Positions 9,996 to 19,722 of a stretch of DNA of 20,000 nt are shown here, one piece after another. Source of the stretch: Vicugna vicugna (taxonomy: Eukaryota); the NCBI GenBank assembly GCA_013265495.1, contig PNXW01005189.1:111084-131083 (forward strand), in the 5' to 3' direction. The translations under genes and the position numbers were made by a program. Position 1 is the stretch's first letter. Every line of letters starts with the position of its first letter. The notes under the pieces were generated by a model. That model was not told the origin of the DNA, did no database searches, and worked only from the letters and a program-made list of their open reading frames with translations.

Positions 9996-11265
9996 TGACC
10001 ATCTGTGGACCCTGATAAAGATCCTAAGGGAGGAAGTAACAATTGCTTTGTTACTGTCACAACTGTGTTCTCTTGTACAGGAAAGAGGTTTACTCTACGA
10101 GTTATTCCTTTAGACAAAAAAACAATATCCATACTTCTAGAGAAACAGCTTTGGGCTCAGCTTCTACTGGCTGGATGTGCCAGAGGAGGTGGCCCAGGAG
10201 CAGTTGGATTCCACTAGGAATCCCTTAGCCGGTAACCTTCCTTCCCCTTAACCAACATGCATGGGTTCTTCTTACTCTCCAGTCGCATCAGCCTCTCTGT
10301 GCACAATCTTGAGCTCTGACGGAAAGAGCAAGAGCCTGACAGCTGAGGCTTCACGGCTCAACTTTCTCCAGCAGCTGAGCATGATCAGCTTCGCAGCAGC
10401 ATATGGTGGTCTCTTCTCCGGATATTCCATTGTGGTAGCAGCTGGGAAATTATCAGTTTGGGGAAATTAGTATTGAAAGGTGGGGCATGGTCAACACAGC
10501 TCAGGGGACAGATGTGTTCTTTGTTTTCCCCTCGTCTTTACTTCGATGCATTTTACATGTTTTATTATTATAGAGAAAATTGTCTTTTGTTTGCAAACCA
10601 CTAATGTTAGTGACTCCTTAAAAAAGATGCCTATTGACCTATAACCCATCCTTTTCTTCAGACGTACTACAATACGAGTGCGCACTTGTATGATACATGC
10701 ATAGTAGCTTGACTGCATCATAAATTCTCCTGATTTCACAGGAGCAAGAGGAGTATCAGAACAGGGATAATAAACTGTCTTTGGGCTAGCCTTAATTACT
10801 AAGGCAGTGTCCTGGTTACAGGAGCGAGCAAGTACAGGGGTCCGTCTGTGATGAAGACACCAGGGGACATTTTTTATTAAGAAACCTGAGAATGTCTTTC
10901 ATAGCATAAACAACAGAATTACAGTGCCTTCTGTGTTATAAACCACCATTGCTCTCCAAATTCCTACTATTTTCTCTTAAGAATTCATCATTCATATGTT
11001 TATTAATTATTCTTGACATTATTCACATTTCAGATTATTTCAGATAATGCAGTTTTATTTTATTCTGTGGAATTTCCAGAATTGAGTGAACAATCTATAT
11101 TCTTTCCCCTTCCTAGATGTTTTGATATGGATTCTATGCTCTTTAGGAATTAATGTAACCCTTGTGGGTTATTCCACTCATTCCATGCATTCTCATGCAC
11201 AAGTCATATGTTGGCCATTTGACTGAGTTACCCTGGCATAACTGTAGAACTAGAAGATGTGATAA

Positions 11266-11772
11266 TGTTACCGAGCCCAAGCTTGTACTGTACATCACAT
11301 AGACCAATAGATCAAGAGATGAGTTGCTGGGGCAAGGAATAGCAACTTTATTTAGAAAGTGAGCAGCATGAGAAGATGGTGGACTAGTGTCCCATAGAAC
11401 CATCTTGCCTGGGTTTGGATGCTAGTTTCTTTTCTAGGACAGAGCAGATGAGGTAAGGAGGTAAAGTAAATAAGGTGATAAATTGTTGCAAATATTTCCT
11501 GGTTCCAGCCAGACTCCAGTGGGGATGTGTACATTTCCTGCAGCCATTTATAGGTGGGCCTGGTCAAGATGTTTCCTGTGTGCTAAACAAAGTTATTTCA
11601 GCTTAAGCTTAGGCATCGGAGGCAGGGTTCCAGGAGATGGGCCATTTTGTGTACTTTAAGCTATAGGCAACATCCCTTTAGTGATTAACTTGTAGCAAAA
11701 GCAATAGACTTCAAAGGATAATGTAAAAGAAACAGATCCAATATGGAGTCAGATTTGTTCTTCCCTGTTGCA
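11266..11772 (-). mobile_element. ERV1-type solo LTR (copy B), 507 bp, related to copy A
   Basis: TGTTACC...TGTTGCA termini; 4-bp TSD ATAA/AGAA; minus-strand AATAAA (11347-11352). Shares GAGCCCAA, GGGGCAAGGAATA.CAACTTTATT, ATAGGCAACATCC and GGAGTCAGAT.TGTTCTTCCCTGTTGCA with copy A. Confidence 0.9.
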
Positions 11773-12072
11773 AGAAGATCATGACCATTTTCCTCTAACT
11801 GTCCAGGAGAGAGGGGGACAAAACTGTTGAAAGCTTGACAGACCTCTGTCATCATTTAGGAATTGAGACATGCTTTCATTCAAAAGTAAAATAAAATTGT
11901 ATTTGGGTATCCATAGTGTGATAACCACCATTTTAAATCTATATGGAAAAGAGAAATGATGAGGACTTTGTGATCATTCTGACATAATTCAAATCATAAT
12001 GACGCCTTAATGAAGTGCAAACATAATATACTATGCCCGTTTCCAACTTCACCGGCATCCCTGAACAGCACA

Positions 12073-12137
12073 CACGTGATGGGGTGATATACTCTAGTTC
12101 TGCAGTAATCCAATTATGAGGTAAACAACAGGGGTCA
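12073..12137. promoter_or_regulatory. Candidate enhancer motif cluster (E-box, P3 paired-homeodomain site, forkhead site, nuclear receptor half-site)
   Basis: CACGTG 12073-12078, TAATCCAATTA 12106-12116, GTAAACAA 12121-12128, GGGGTCA 12131-12137, in apparently non-repetitive DNA. Confidence 0.35.
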
Positions 12138-12235
12138 AATGCATGTTTCAAAATTCTAAGACACCATACTTTTTTGCAAGAGTGATAAATATGAGGACTA
12201 CTCTGGTAGTAGTTCCATCTTAAACCCCAGGAGTG

Positions 12236-12410
12236 CAGTGTTTCTTGAATTTTCTTACATTAGGAGCCTTTTTGAGTATTTGATGGAAGTTGAAGCCCCT
12301 CCAGCTGTCCAGAGAAGTTCAAGCAAAGGTTTTGGGAAAAAAAAAAAAAACGCAAAAGGAGGTTAATTCATAGCCTCCCTGGCTACACACCACACACCTT
12401 AGGAGTTTCT
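12236..12410. mobile_element. Possible degraded hAT-Charlie MITE (MER103-like)
   Basis: CAGTGTTTCTT start and CCTTTTTGAGTATTTGATGGAAGTT resemble the recalled CCCTTTGAGAATCTGATGAAAGCT. Weak match. Confidence 0.3.
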
Positions 12411-12434
12411 ATTGAGACAGACACAATGCAAAGG

Positions 12435-12448
12435 GCACCCCCTGGAGG
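12435..12448 (-). promoter_or_regulatory. CTCF-like motif
   Basis: Minus strand CCTCCAGGGGGTGC versus consensus CCASYAGRKGGCRS (12 of 14 positions match). Confidence 0.4.
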
Positions 12449-12876
12449 TGTGCAGCGAAAGAGCAGTTCATGGTTATCCAAGTCCCACCTTTCGACATTC
12501 TAGGAATCCTCAGTAAAAATTCCTGAGGGAAGTCTTTCTGCCTTGGTCACAATTCCCTGGGTCAGGACAGATCCAGGGAAGAGGTGTTACCATTTCCTTT
12601 CCCAGAGCATCTTGCTTCCTCTGTAGCAACCTTTTCTTCTTACCAGAAACCCTTCCCGAGCATCCCTGCTTACTCCTGTTCTCCCATTCCTTCAGCATCA
12701 GAACGTGCAAGTTCTGATCATTTTGTGTTGCTGAGAATTTAGGACCTGTCTCAGACATCTTAAACATTTTTTCTTTGTTGCTCTAATGTATAAAACCAGT
12801 CTCCGTTATCTGAGCAGGCAGGCAAAGTGGAGACCAGGGCTATCAGCGTGGTTGTTAGGTTTTGCATCATACCCCT

Positions 12877-13238
12877 TATCTTCGTGCATTCTGGATGTTC
12901 TGACAGAGCACCACGGACAAGGTGGCTTATAAGCAACAGAAATGTATTCCACATAGGTCTTCAGGCTGGGAAGTCCAAGATCAAGGCACAGGCACCTTTG
13001 ATATCCTGTGAGGACTTGATTCCTGGTTGACAGACAGCCATTTTATTGCAATGTCTTCCCGTGGTGGAAGGGGATTTAGGGAATTCTGTTTTTTTATAAA
13101 ACAACTCATCCTATTCATAAGGGCTCCACTCCCATGAGCTAATCACCTTCCAAAGCCCTCACCTCCAAGTAGCATCACATTGAGGATTAAGTTGCAATTT
13201 ACACATTTTTTTTTGAAGGGGAACAGCCATTCAGCACA
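12877..13238 (-). mobile_element. MaLR solo LTR, MLT1A/MLT1A0-like
   Basis: GGTGGCTTATAAGCAACAGAAAT.TATT, GGCTGGGAAGTCCAAGATCAAGGC and AGGGCTCCAC..CATGA.CTAATCACCT.CCAAAG match the reverse-strand MLT1A consensus over about 360 bp. Probable TSD CCCCT/CCCCA. Confidence 0.92.
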
Positions 13239-14212
13239 CCCCAGAGGCACCACACACACTGAAGGCAATGCGAGCAAAGACCCTGGGGTTGGAGGACAGC
13301 ATGGATGACAACCCTAGTGGTATGGCAATCCTGGTGGAGATATTCTCAGGGCCTCTAGCAGGGGTATCCTTAAGGATACCTCTATCTCGGGAAACACTGG
13401 AAAATTCTTAGAAGCCCCTCTATGGGGCGTATGTGCCAGATGATTCCACAACCGTCTCACATGACAGGCACTCCCCAACTCACACATGGCTTTTGACCTT
13501 CAAAGTTATACAAGTCAATGTTCTGAAAATGGAGCACAGTTTTTTTGCAAAGAAATGTTCATGCTAAAAGAGGCTGTTTGATTCCCTGCTCCGTTGGCTT
13601 GCCCTGTTCTCTGCACACGGCAGGGCCTGCTTTACCCGTGGTGGAGCTGTGATGGGTGTGCGAGGCCTCTGTGGTCTGGTCTGGGGAGGTTCCGGTCACC
13701 TTGAGTCATGGGAAAACCGGTGGTGAAGGAGCAGTGGGGAGTGGGCGGAGACAGCCTGGCCTGGGACGGAGGCACGAGGAGTCACAGGCCTGAAGATTCC
13801 TGCTCTGTTGTAAGCTCAGCTATCCGAGGTCACCTCCGTGAGGCTCTGAGGAGAGCCAAGTGTCTGTTTCCGTCTCTACCAGTGCCTTGCTGGTGACTTC
13901 GAACCCAATCTCTTGGTCACTCAAGTCTTGCTAGGTCCCCTGTTCAGGAGATTTAATAAATTTTTCTAGTAACACATCTCATTTCCATGCTGGTTCCATG
14001 AAGGACTTGTAAGGGTAGATTCAATGCATGCTGCCATTGTAGGGAGTCACAACGCCATACTCATGCCTGTGTCCCTCGGGGTGGCTGAGCACAGACTCAC
14101 ATAGCACACACGCAGTGTGATGTCCTGTGTCCCCCACTGAGGGACATGCATTCCCTGGCATTTCCCTGCTCTCTTCCCTAAAGGCTTTGTCCAAAAGGTT
14201 AATTATTTAGCA

Positions 14213-14358
14213 AGAGTGTATAGAAAAGAACACTGGGCTTGGAGATTCAATCTTGCTTTTCCCTCTCTCTCTCTTCATTTCTGTCCTCCCCAAAAACTAG
14301 CTAGAAAGCAAGGAAGCTGCAGTCCTTACCTATTACCTGGGCTGTAAAATGAGAGGCA
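14213..14358 (+). mobile_element. MIR fragment, degraded
   Basis: GAAAAGAACACTGGGCTTGGAG (MIR head) and CTGTAAAATGAGAGG (MIR core). Confidence 0.45.
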
Positions 14359-14479
14359 TTTAGAAGACATCAAACCTTAAGCACCCAAGAAAGGCCAATC
14401 TCCTTAAATAACCCAGTTTCTCCAACCAAAAGGAGAAAGGGGAATTCAGACTAAAAGGGATCCAAGTAAAGTGAAACAC

Positions 14480-14700
14480 TGTGATTCTGTAACTCAGAAT
14501 AATGGCTCTTTTTAGGGGGAGAGAGGAAGCTGTGATTGGCAAGAATAATTTTCATGGACAGACTTCAAGAGTGGCTGGGAAAATGTTTTGTTTTGTTTTG
14601 TTTTGTTTTTGACTTAGATGAAAGTTACAAGGGATTTTTGCACTTTCCCTGTGTTTTATTTTATAAAAAAAAGTTTTAAAAATAACAGTAATAAAATAAA
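14480..14700 (+). mobile_element. Ancient LINE-1 3' end (L1ME-like)
   Basis: AATAATGGCT....GGGGGAGAG..TGTGATTGG...GACTTC..GTGGCTGG..AATGTT...TTGAC..GTTACAAGGG followed by an A-rich tail. Contains (GTTTT)5 at 14585-14609. Confidence 0.65.
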
Positions 14701-14719
14701 AAGTAATCTTGAGAAAAAG

Positions 14720-14895
14720 TGTCTAAAGAGTTTGAAGGATGATTAGAAGAATAGAACGTCACAAAAATTAAGGGAAGAAATGTCAAGAAAGAGAACTATT
14801 TCAGTGTGAAATGCTGCAGACAAATCCAATGTGTCCCTTCTATGTTGCAATGAAGCAATCCTGGGTGACACTAGCAATGAGAGTTGCATTGAAGA
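14720..14895 (-). mobile_element. LINE-2 fragment (left of the MER41-like LTR)
   Basis: GTCAC....AAGGGAAGA..TCAAGAA...CAGTGT.AAATGCTGCAGA...GGTGAC matches the reverse strand of L2. Confidence 0.75.
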
Positions 14896-15090
14896 TGATA
14901 CAGGAAAAACAGGGCACAGGAGGAAGGCTGTATTCCAGGTCTTGGTTGAGTCTCTGGGATGTGCCCTGCCCAGTGTGGGTCCTTGGCTTCATGCAGGAAA
15001 GAATTCAAGAGAGAGCCACAGTAGAGTGAAGGTAGATTTATTTAGCAAGATACACACTCCATAAACAGAGTGTAGGCCATTCAAAGGGCA

Positions 15091-15210
15091 AGAGGAAGGT
15101 TGAGAGAATGAGAAAGGAGAGAGAGAACAAGAGAGGAGAGGGAGAGGGTGAGAAGGCAAGGGAGAAGGAGAGAGGAAAGGGAAGAGGGAGGGATGGAGAG
15201 AGAGAGAGAG
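15091..15210 (+). repeat. GA-rich (near-pure purine) tract expanded inside the LTR
   Basis: About 120 bp almost entirely A/G, ending in (GA)n. Confidence 0.9.
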
Positions 15211-15294
15211 TGTGCCCCGGGTTTCAGAGGGCTGTGCATTTTTATGGGCTCAGTAACTTCATATGCTAACAAGAGAGAGGATTGTTCCAGCCAC

Positions 15295-15323
15295 TTCGGG
15301 GAAGGGGCTGGGATTCCCAGGAA
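15295..15323. promoter_or_regulatory. Tandem STAT-type motifs within the MER41-like LTR
   Basis: TTCGGGGAA 15295-15303 (TTC-N3-GAA; reverse complement TTCCCCGAA) and TTCCCAGGAA 15314-15323 (TTC-N4-GAA). Confidence 0.55.
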
Positions 15324-15531
15324 CTGGGCCATCACCCACTTTTTGACCTTTTATGATCAGCATTGAAACGGTCCTGGCACCTGTGGGAGGGCCATTTAGC
15401 AGCCATTGTATTTCCATGGGCGTCTGTTGAAGCTCAAGGTCTACTGGGAGGTGGATCTTGCGCCATCTTGGTGCTCATGGCTGTGTCATTCTTTTAAAGG
15501 TGTGCCCTGCCCCCTTCCCTCCTGTCACAGA

Positions 15532-15625
15532 GCAGCTGGGGCTTTAGCCAGATACGAAAGTGTGGACTCAGACATTACAGAAATTTCTTGCAAGGATTTT
15601 GTCTCTGAGGAAGAGGATGGAGATT
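15532..15625 (-). mobile_element. LINE-2 fragment (continuation right of the LTR)
   Basis: ACAGAAATTTCTTGCAAGGATTTTGTCTCTGAGGAAGAGG resembles L2 ATAGACAACTCTTTCAAGAAGTTTGGCTGTGAAGGGAAGG, which follows the 14720-14895 segment in the consensus. Confidence 0.55.
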
Positions 15626-15744
15626 GTGTTTTCTGTTAACTAATCCAATCAACCTCTCAGTTCCTTTTGTTAAGTTCTACTCTGTTTCGATCCAATGATT
15701 TGGCAATTCATGGTCATTTCCTCAAGTAACTACTAAGTCTCTTC

Positions 15745-15825
15745 TGTATACCTCCATCCAGCTCATCCTCTAAAATAAGATTCAGATATCACCTTTTCTG
15801 AGAAGCAGTCTGTGAACAAGTCAAG
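15745..15825 (+). mobile_element. Short LINE-2 fragment
   Basis: CTCATCCTCTAA....TTCAGATATCACCTTTTCTGAGAAGC resembles L2 CTCATCCTTCAAG..CTCAAATGTCACCTCCTCTGGGAAGC. Confidence 0.5.
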
Positions 15826-16234
15826 GGAACACACCTACCTGGCCCTATGAAAATAGAGTCAGATTGGATTGAAAAGGTTAGTAATTTAATCTAGGACATG
15901 GAGTGCATTCTTCCTCTTTTACACTTTGTTTTCCTTCTGTTGGTTAATATGCTTCAGTCACATGCTTTTCGGACACCAAAGTCATGTAGAAATAGACCGT
16001 GCAAATCCTACGTGTTCACAGGAAGAGACAGGCTTGAGGGGAGTAAGTGTCAGGCAATGTGCGGAATAAACTTCTCCAGAAAACAAAGTGTTTAAGATAC
16101 TTGGTATCAGTTTGATCTTCACAATTGATGGATCTACAGTGACTTGCCGTCTGCTTCTCTATTCTCAGGCTGCAGTCATAAAACATACTTTATATTTGAA
16201 TACCTGAAATTTCAAAATGTACCTGGATATTGGG

Positions 16235-17300
16235 CATTATTATCACTCCAATCTAATATTTCTAAAGTGTGTGCCTACTCTGGACATCTTTCTTGAGCTC
16301 CAAACTGGCATTTTCAGTGATCAAGTGGATGTTGGCACCTGGAAATACTAAAGGAACCATCAATTTCATTCATTTTCTATGCCCCTCCCTGCCTTTACCC
16401 CTGACAAAGTTATCTGATATTTAACATAACAGTTAGTGGAATTAACAGACACCCAGTAACACAGACCAGATCTTTTCAAATTGTCAATTGTTTCCTCTCA
16501 CTTATCTCTACATCTACGTATTTCCTAATTCTTGCTTCCTAAATAAATAGCCCCTCCATCTAGCTGCTCCTTCCCTCCCAACTACTACGATCCTAATGGG
16601 AATCTCTGTCTTTCCCTGGACCAATGGGATAGCTTCTCAGTTAGCTTTCCTGACCACAGTTTCCACTTACACCCAACTGGATTGTCTGTCTAGAGTGCAG
16701 ATTAAATTATGCACCGTACCCACCGCTCACTCCTGCCTAGAGAACAGAATCGAAACTGAGTATTAGGCACCTCAAGACTTGGTTCCTGTCACTTTCCAGT
16801 GTGTCCTTCTCATTCCTCATTCCCTAATTCTCCCACACTCTTTATCACAAAGATTATATTCCAGTAATAGCTAAGCACTATTCATTCTCCAAGTACATCA
16901 TACTGTTTCAAGACTCTGAGCTATTTTTTGTGCCCTATAGACTACTTGGTTTGTCTTTCCCACCTACTTTACTTATAAACATCATTTTCAAGTTGAAGCC
17001 CAAGTATTCCCTCTCTTCTAAAAATCTTTCTTATTTTTTAAGGGTAATGTTTGGAGATTTCAGTTCTATTTCTCAGTTATTTTGCACATATCTCATTTTG
17101 ATTACCTATATTCTACTGCAGTGATTTTAAAAAAATTCTCTACCTTTATTTTTTTTTTTATTTATCTATCTCCATCTCTTCTAGGAAACAGCCATTTCAC
17201 CAAGGAAAGGGTCAGATAAATTGATCATTTTATTCTTAACGTTTAGTACAATGACTCCACAAAAGTGTATGCTGAATCACCAAATAAAGAAATGCATTGG
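16235..17300 (+). mobile_element. LINE-2 3' portion (~1 kb), degraded
   Basis: Ordered L2 motifs: TGAGCTCCAAACT, CACCCAGT..CAGACCAGA, CTGGAC..ATAGCTTC, AGAATCGAA, GTGCCCTATAGACT and the tail TTTAGTACAATG...ATGCTGAAT. Confidence 0.75.
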
Positions 17301-18366
17301 AAAATAAAAGTGGGTAGTGGGTGTGAGTCATTCCTGAAGAGAAGAAACTTCGGAGAAACTGCACAGCCAAATATAAAGCATTTTTAAGAGTTATTAAGTA
17401 TCCAATTAGTCTAATGTGGAGGTTATTTATTCTGTACAGCCAAATATCCCAACAATGCTAGAATCATAAATCAACATACTGATCTCATATCCCCTTTGGA
17501 TCACTGAGAAAATGTTAGGGAATCTTCTTTATCCAGATCTTCTTTTCATGATGACCAGCAACACGTGGGTTCCACATGATGACCACCACCTTGCGTTCCA
17601 CCTCTGTAAGTCCTATGGGAAAGAATCAATGAGTAAGCCTGTGTGTGTGACTTGAAGGTATCTTAGTGTCCAATTTAGTCTGTAGCATTGATGAGTCAAT
17701 CAGCTGAGCCATAAGGCAGCTGCAAATCTGGATAATGCACAAAATGCTCAATTTGTTGGCCATATGTAGACAGAGACTTCGTGATGAATAAGCAAGACTA
17801 AACCAAGCCTTTTCTTATATGGGGGCTGCACATGCATGTTGATGAGCCGTGAGAGCCTCTGCTGACTCAGGAAGGCAGAAAAGGAAGCCCCCAAAAGTCC
17901 ATCTTTTACAGAAAGAAAGCGTACAGACTTCCACTAAGTTTCACTTGCCTAGAGGTTTAATTTATTCATACCTATTAAGGACACAAAAGCTATTCAATCT
18001 AGAATCGGTAAATTTATTGTTAAAGATTTGTACGTGGAAAATGTGGTCAATGGAGACAATTCACTATCACGGAAGGCCAACCAGACACATTGATGGCTGA
18101 TTCTCTAAAGCCTGGAGTATCATTTTAGGGCTAGCCTTACTATTCGCGGTTAAATAGACAAGTAAATGTTTGAAGGGCAAATTAATTTCATTCCTCGGGG
18201 CATTAGTAAATGGACAGAGAGAGACCAGGAAGTCAGCTTACATTTCCCATTCTTCTGTCCTGTGCCCCGTGGCTCCCATTCTGTGGAAATGAAGTTATTT
18301 ATCAGTGCCCTAAAGCATCTTTGGTCTAGGAGTCCTTGGTCCTTGACTGACCCAATGACTGCCAGG

Positions 18367-18393
18367 CAGCTGTGAACAGCTGTGCTCCACCTG
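18367..18393. promoter_or_regulatory. Triple E-box cluster (CAGCTG, CAGCTG, CACCTG)
   Basis: E-boxes start at 18367, 18377 and 18388, each as CASCTGTG. Confidence 0.4.
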
Positions 18394-19549
18394 TGCCAGG
18401 GCTGGGAGGAGAGCGCCTTCTGTGTCTTCTAGGCAGAATTTCAAATGTAAAAAGTTCCTTTTTAATGTCCTTTTAATCTGAATTCTACCTGAACATTTTC
18501 CTGTTGGTCAGGTACCTGGAATTTCATGGTGTCCCCCCCCTTCCTCATTCTGTCACGTCACCACAGAATTTCATCTAAGACCATCATCCCGAAGTACAGC
18601 CATAAGCAGCGACCCTTTACTGCAACTCCCCATCAGAACCGCTCTGTCTTTCGAACTATTGCCTATGGAATTTCCTGTCTGTAAGAATTAATTTTACCAA
18701 ATTAACATCAGGTCGCTCTGATTATCTTAATCTGAGGAAGCAATATTTGTGAACATTTTGGGTGGCATGGCAGGGTATGAATAAATATATTTTGGCAAAG
18801 GGAACTTTGGGAGGCTGCAAATTATACGCCTTTTATGACTGTGGTAATTGCACTCGGAAATTTGCCCTTACATCAGAACAAAACAAAACTTAACACCGTA
18901 GAAGTTTCCTACCATATCTCAATTCTTGCTTTCTCTGGAAAGTGTTCCCTGAATTTTTCAACTCCCAGCGATCCTGCCCTAGAGGTTGCAAAGAGAAATA
19001 AATGGTAAATAGCACACCCTCAGATGTGAAACAGGTCCTCACGTTTCATGCGACCTGAGGATTTACGATGCATTTGCTTATTTACAAAGGTTCACACCCA
19101 TGTTGGACCCTCAGAATATTTTTCATATATATCTCCTCATAACCAGGAGCCATTTTCTCTGCCCTGTGCTCCTGTTTTCAATGGGGTCATTTGCAAAAAG
19201 TACAGAAATCGCATTCTAAGCTCCCACAGGCGTCTTAGTCTGCAGAAGGCCGAAGACTGGCTCCAGGGCTTGTTAATACAGTGGAGGGTATTCACATCAG
19301 CATCCCTAAATCTCAGCCAACTCGGGTTAATAGGGCCCAAAAGTCATTTTCTAACCTACTCACGTGGTTGGAAGGGGATGGGGTGATGGCGGCAATTTCA
19401 GACATCCACCTCCCAGATGAGCAGTGCCATATGGACACGGAGCTGGAAGGGAAAGGATGATGAGGTTGGAGGCAGCATATCCGAATGGCTAAGGATGCAG
19501 TTGGAGCCAGGACGCCGGGAAGAGCAGGGCACAAATGAGGGAAAATCAT

Positions 19550-19722
19550 TTAGAGGGAACAGCTTATGGCTAGGGATCAAGATCCCTGAGTTTTTTCTGG
19601 CTCTTCCTCCTTTCAGCGAAGTGACCTTGGAGAAGCTACTTACCCTGTCTAGGAGACCGGTGTGTGTAATGAGAGTAATTTAATTGTTTAACCCTGCGGT
19701 TCCTTTCAGCATCAGAATTCTG
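19550..19722 (+). mobile_element. MIR/MIR3 SINE
   Basis: CCTGAGTT...CTGGCTCT...GTGACCTTGGAGAAGCTACTTACCCTGTCT...GGTTCCTTTCAGCATCAGAATTCTGA is colinear with the MIR3 consensus. Confidence 0.7.

Larger units (their letters stand above)
14896..15527 (-). mobile_element. MER41-like ERV1 solo LTR, 632 bp
   Basis: TGATACAGGAAA...CCTGTCA termini; 4-bp TSD AAGA/CAGA; CTTGG...GCAGGAAAGAATTCAAG..GAGCC, TTTATT, CATATGCTAA, the GAAGGGG..TTCCC.GGAACTG block and CGCCATCTTGG are MER41-family motifs. Interrupts an L2. Confidence 0.85.

Noticed and set aside
10725..10790. Acceptor-like ...TTTCACAG followed by EQEEYQ, reminiscent of the myosin motor EQEEY motif
   Set aside because: Similarity ends at once (NRDNKLSLG then stop); no continuing myosin sequence or suitable donor.
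9474..11772. Single internally deleted provirus (LTR-internal-LTR)
   Set aside because: Each LTR has its own TSD, the outer flanks (TGGC vs AGAA) do not match, there is no PBS or PPT, and I saw no gag/pol/env similarity in the spacer.
13580..13900. GC-rich stretch as a CpG-island promoter
   Set aside because: Short, and CpGs remain sparse relative to GpC; no core promoter layout.
15081..15366. Arg/Glu-rich and Ser/Leu-rich ORFs
   Set aside because: Translations of the GA-rich tract inside an LTR.
19572..19587. Inverted repeat AGGGATC-AA-GATCCCT
   Set aside because: 7-bp arms inside a decayed MIR; expected by chance in 20 kb.
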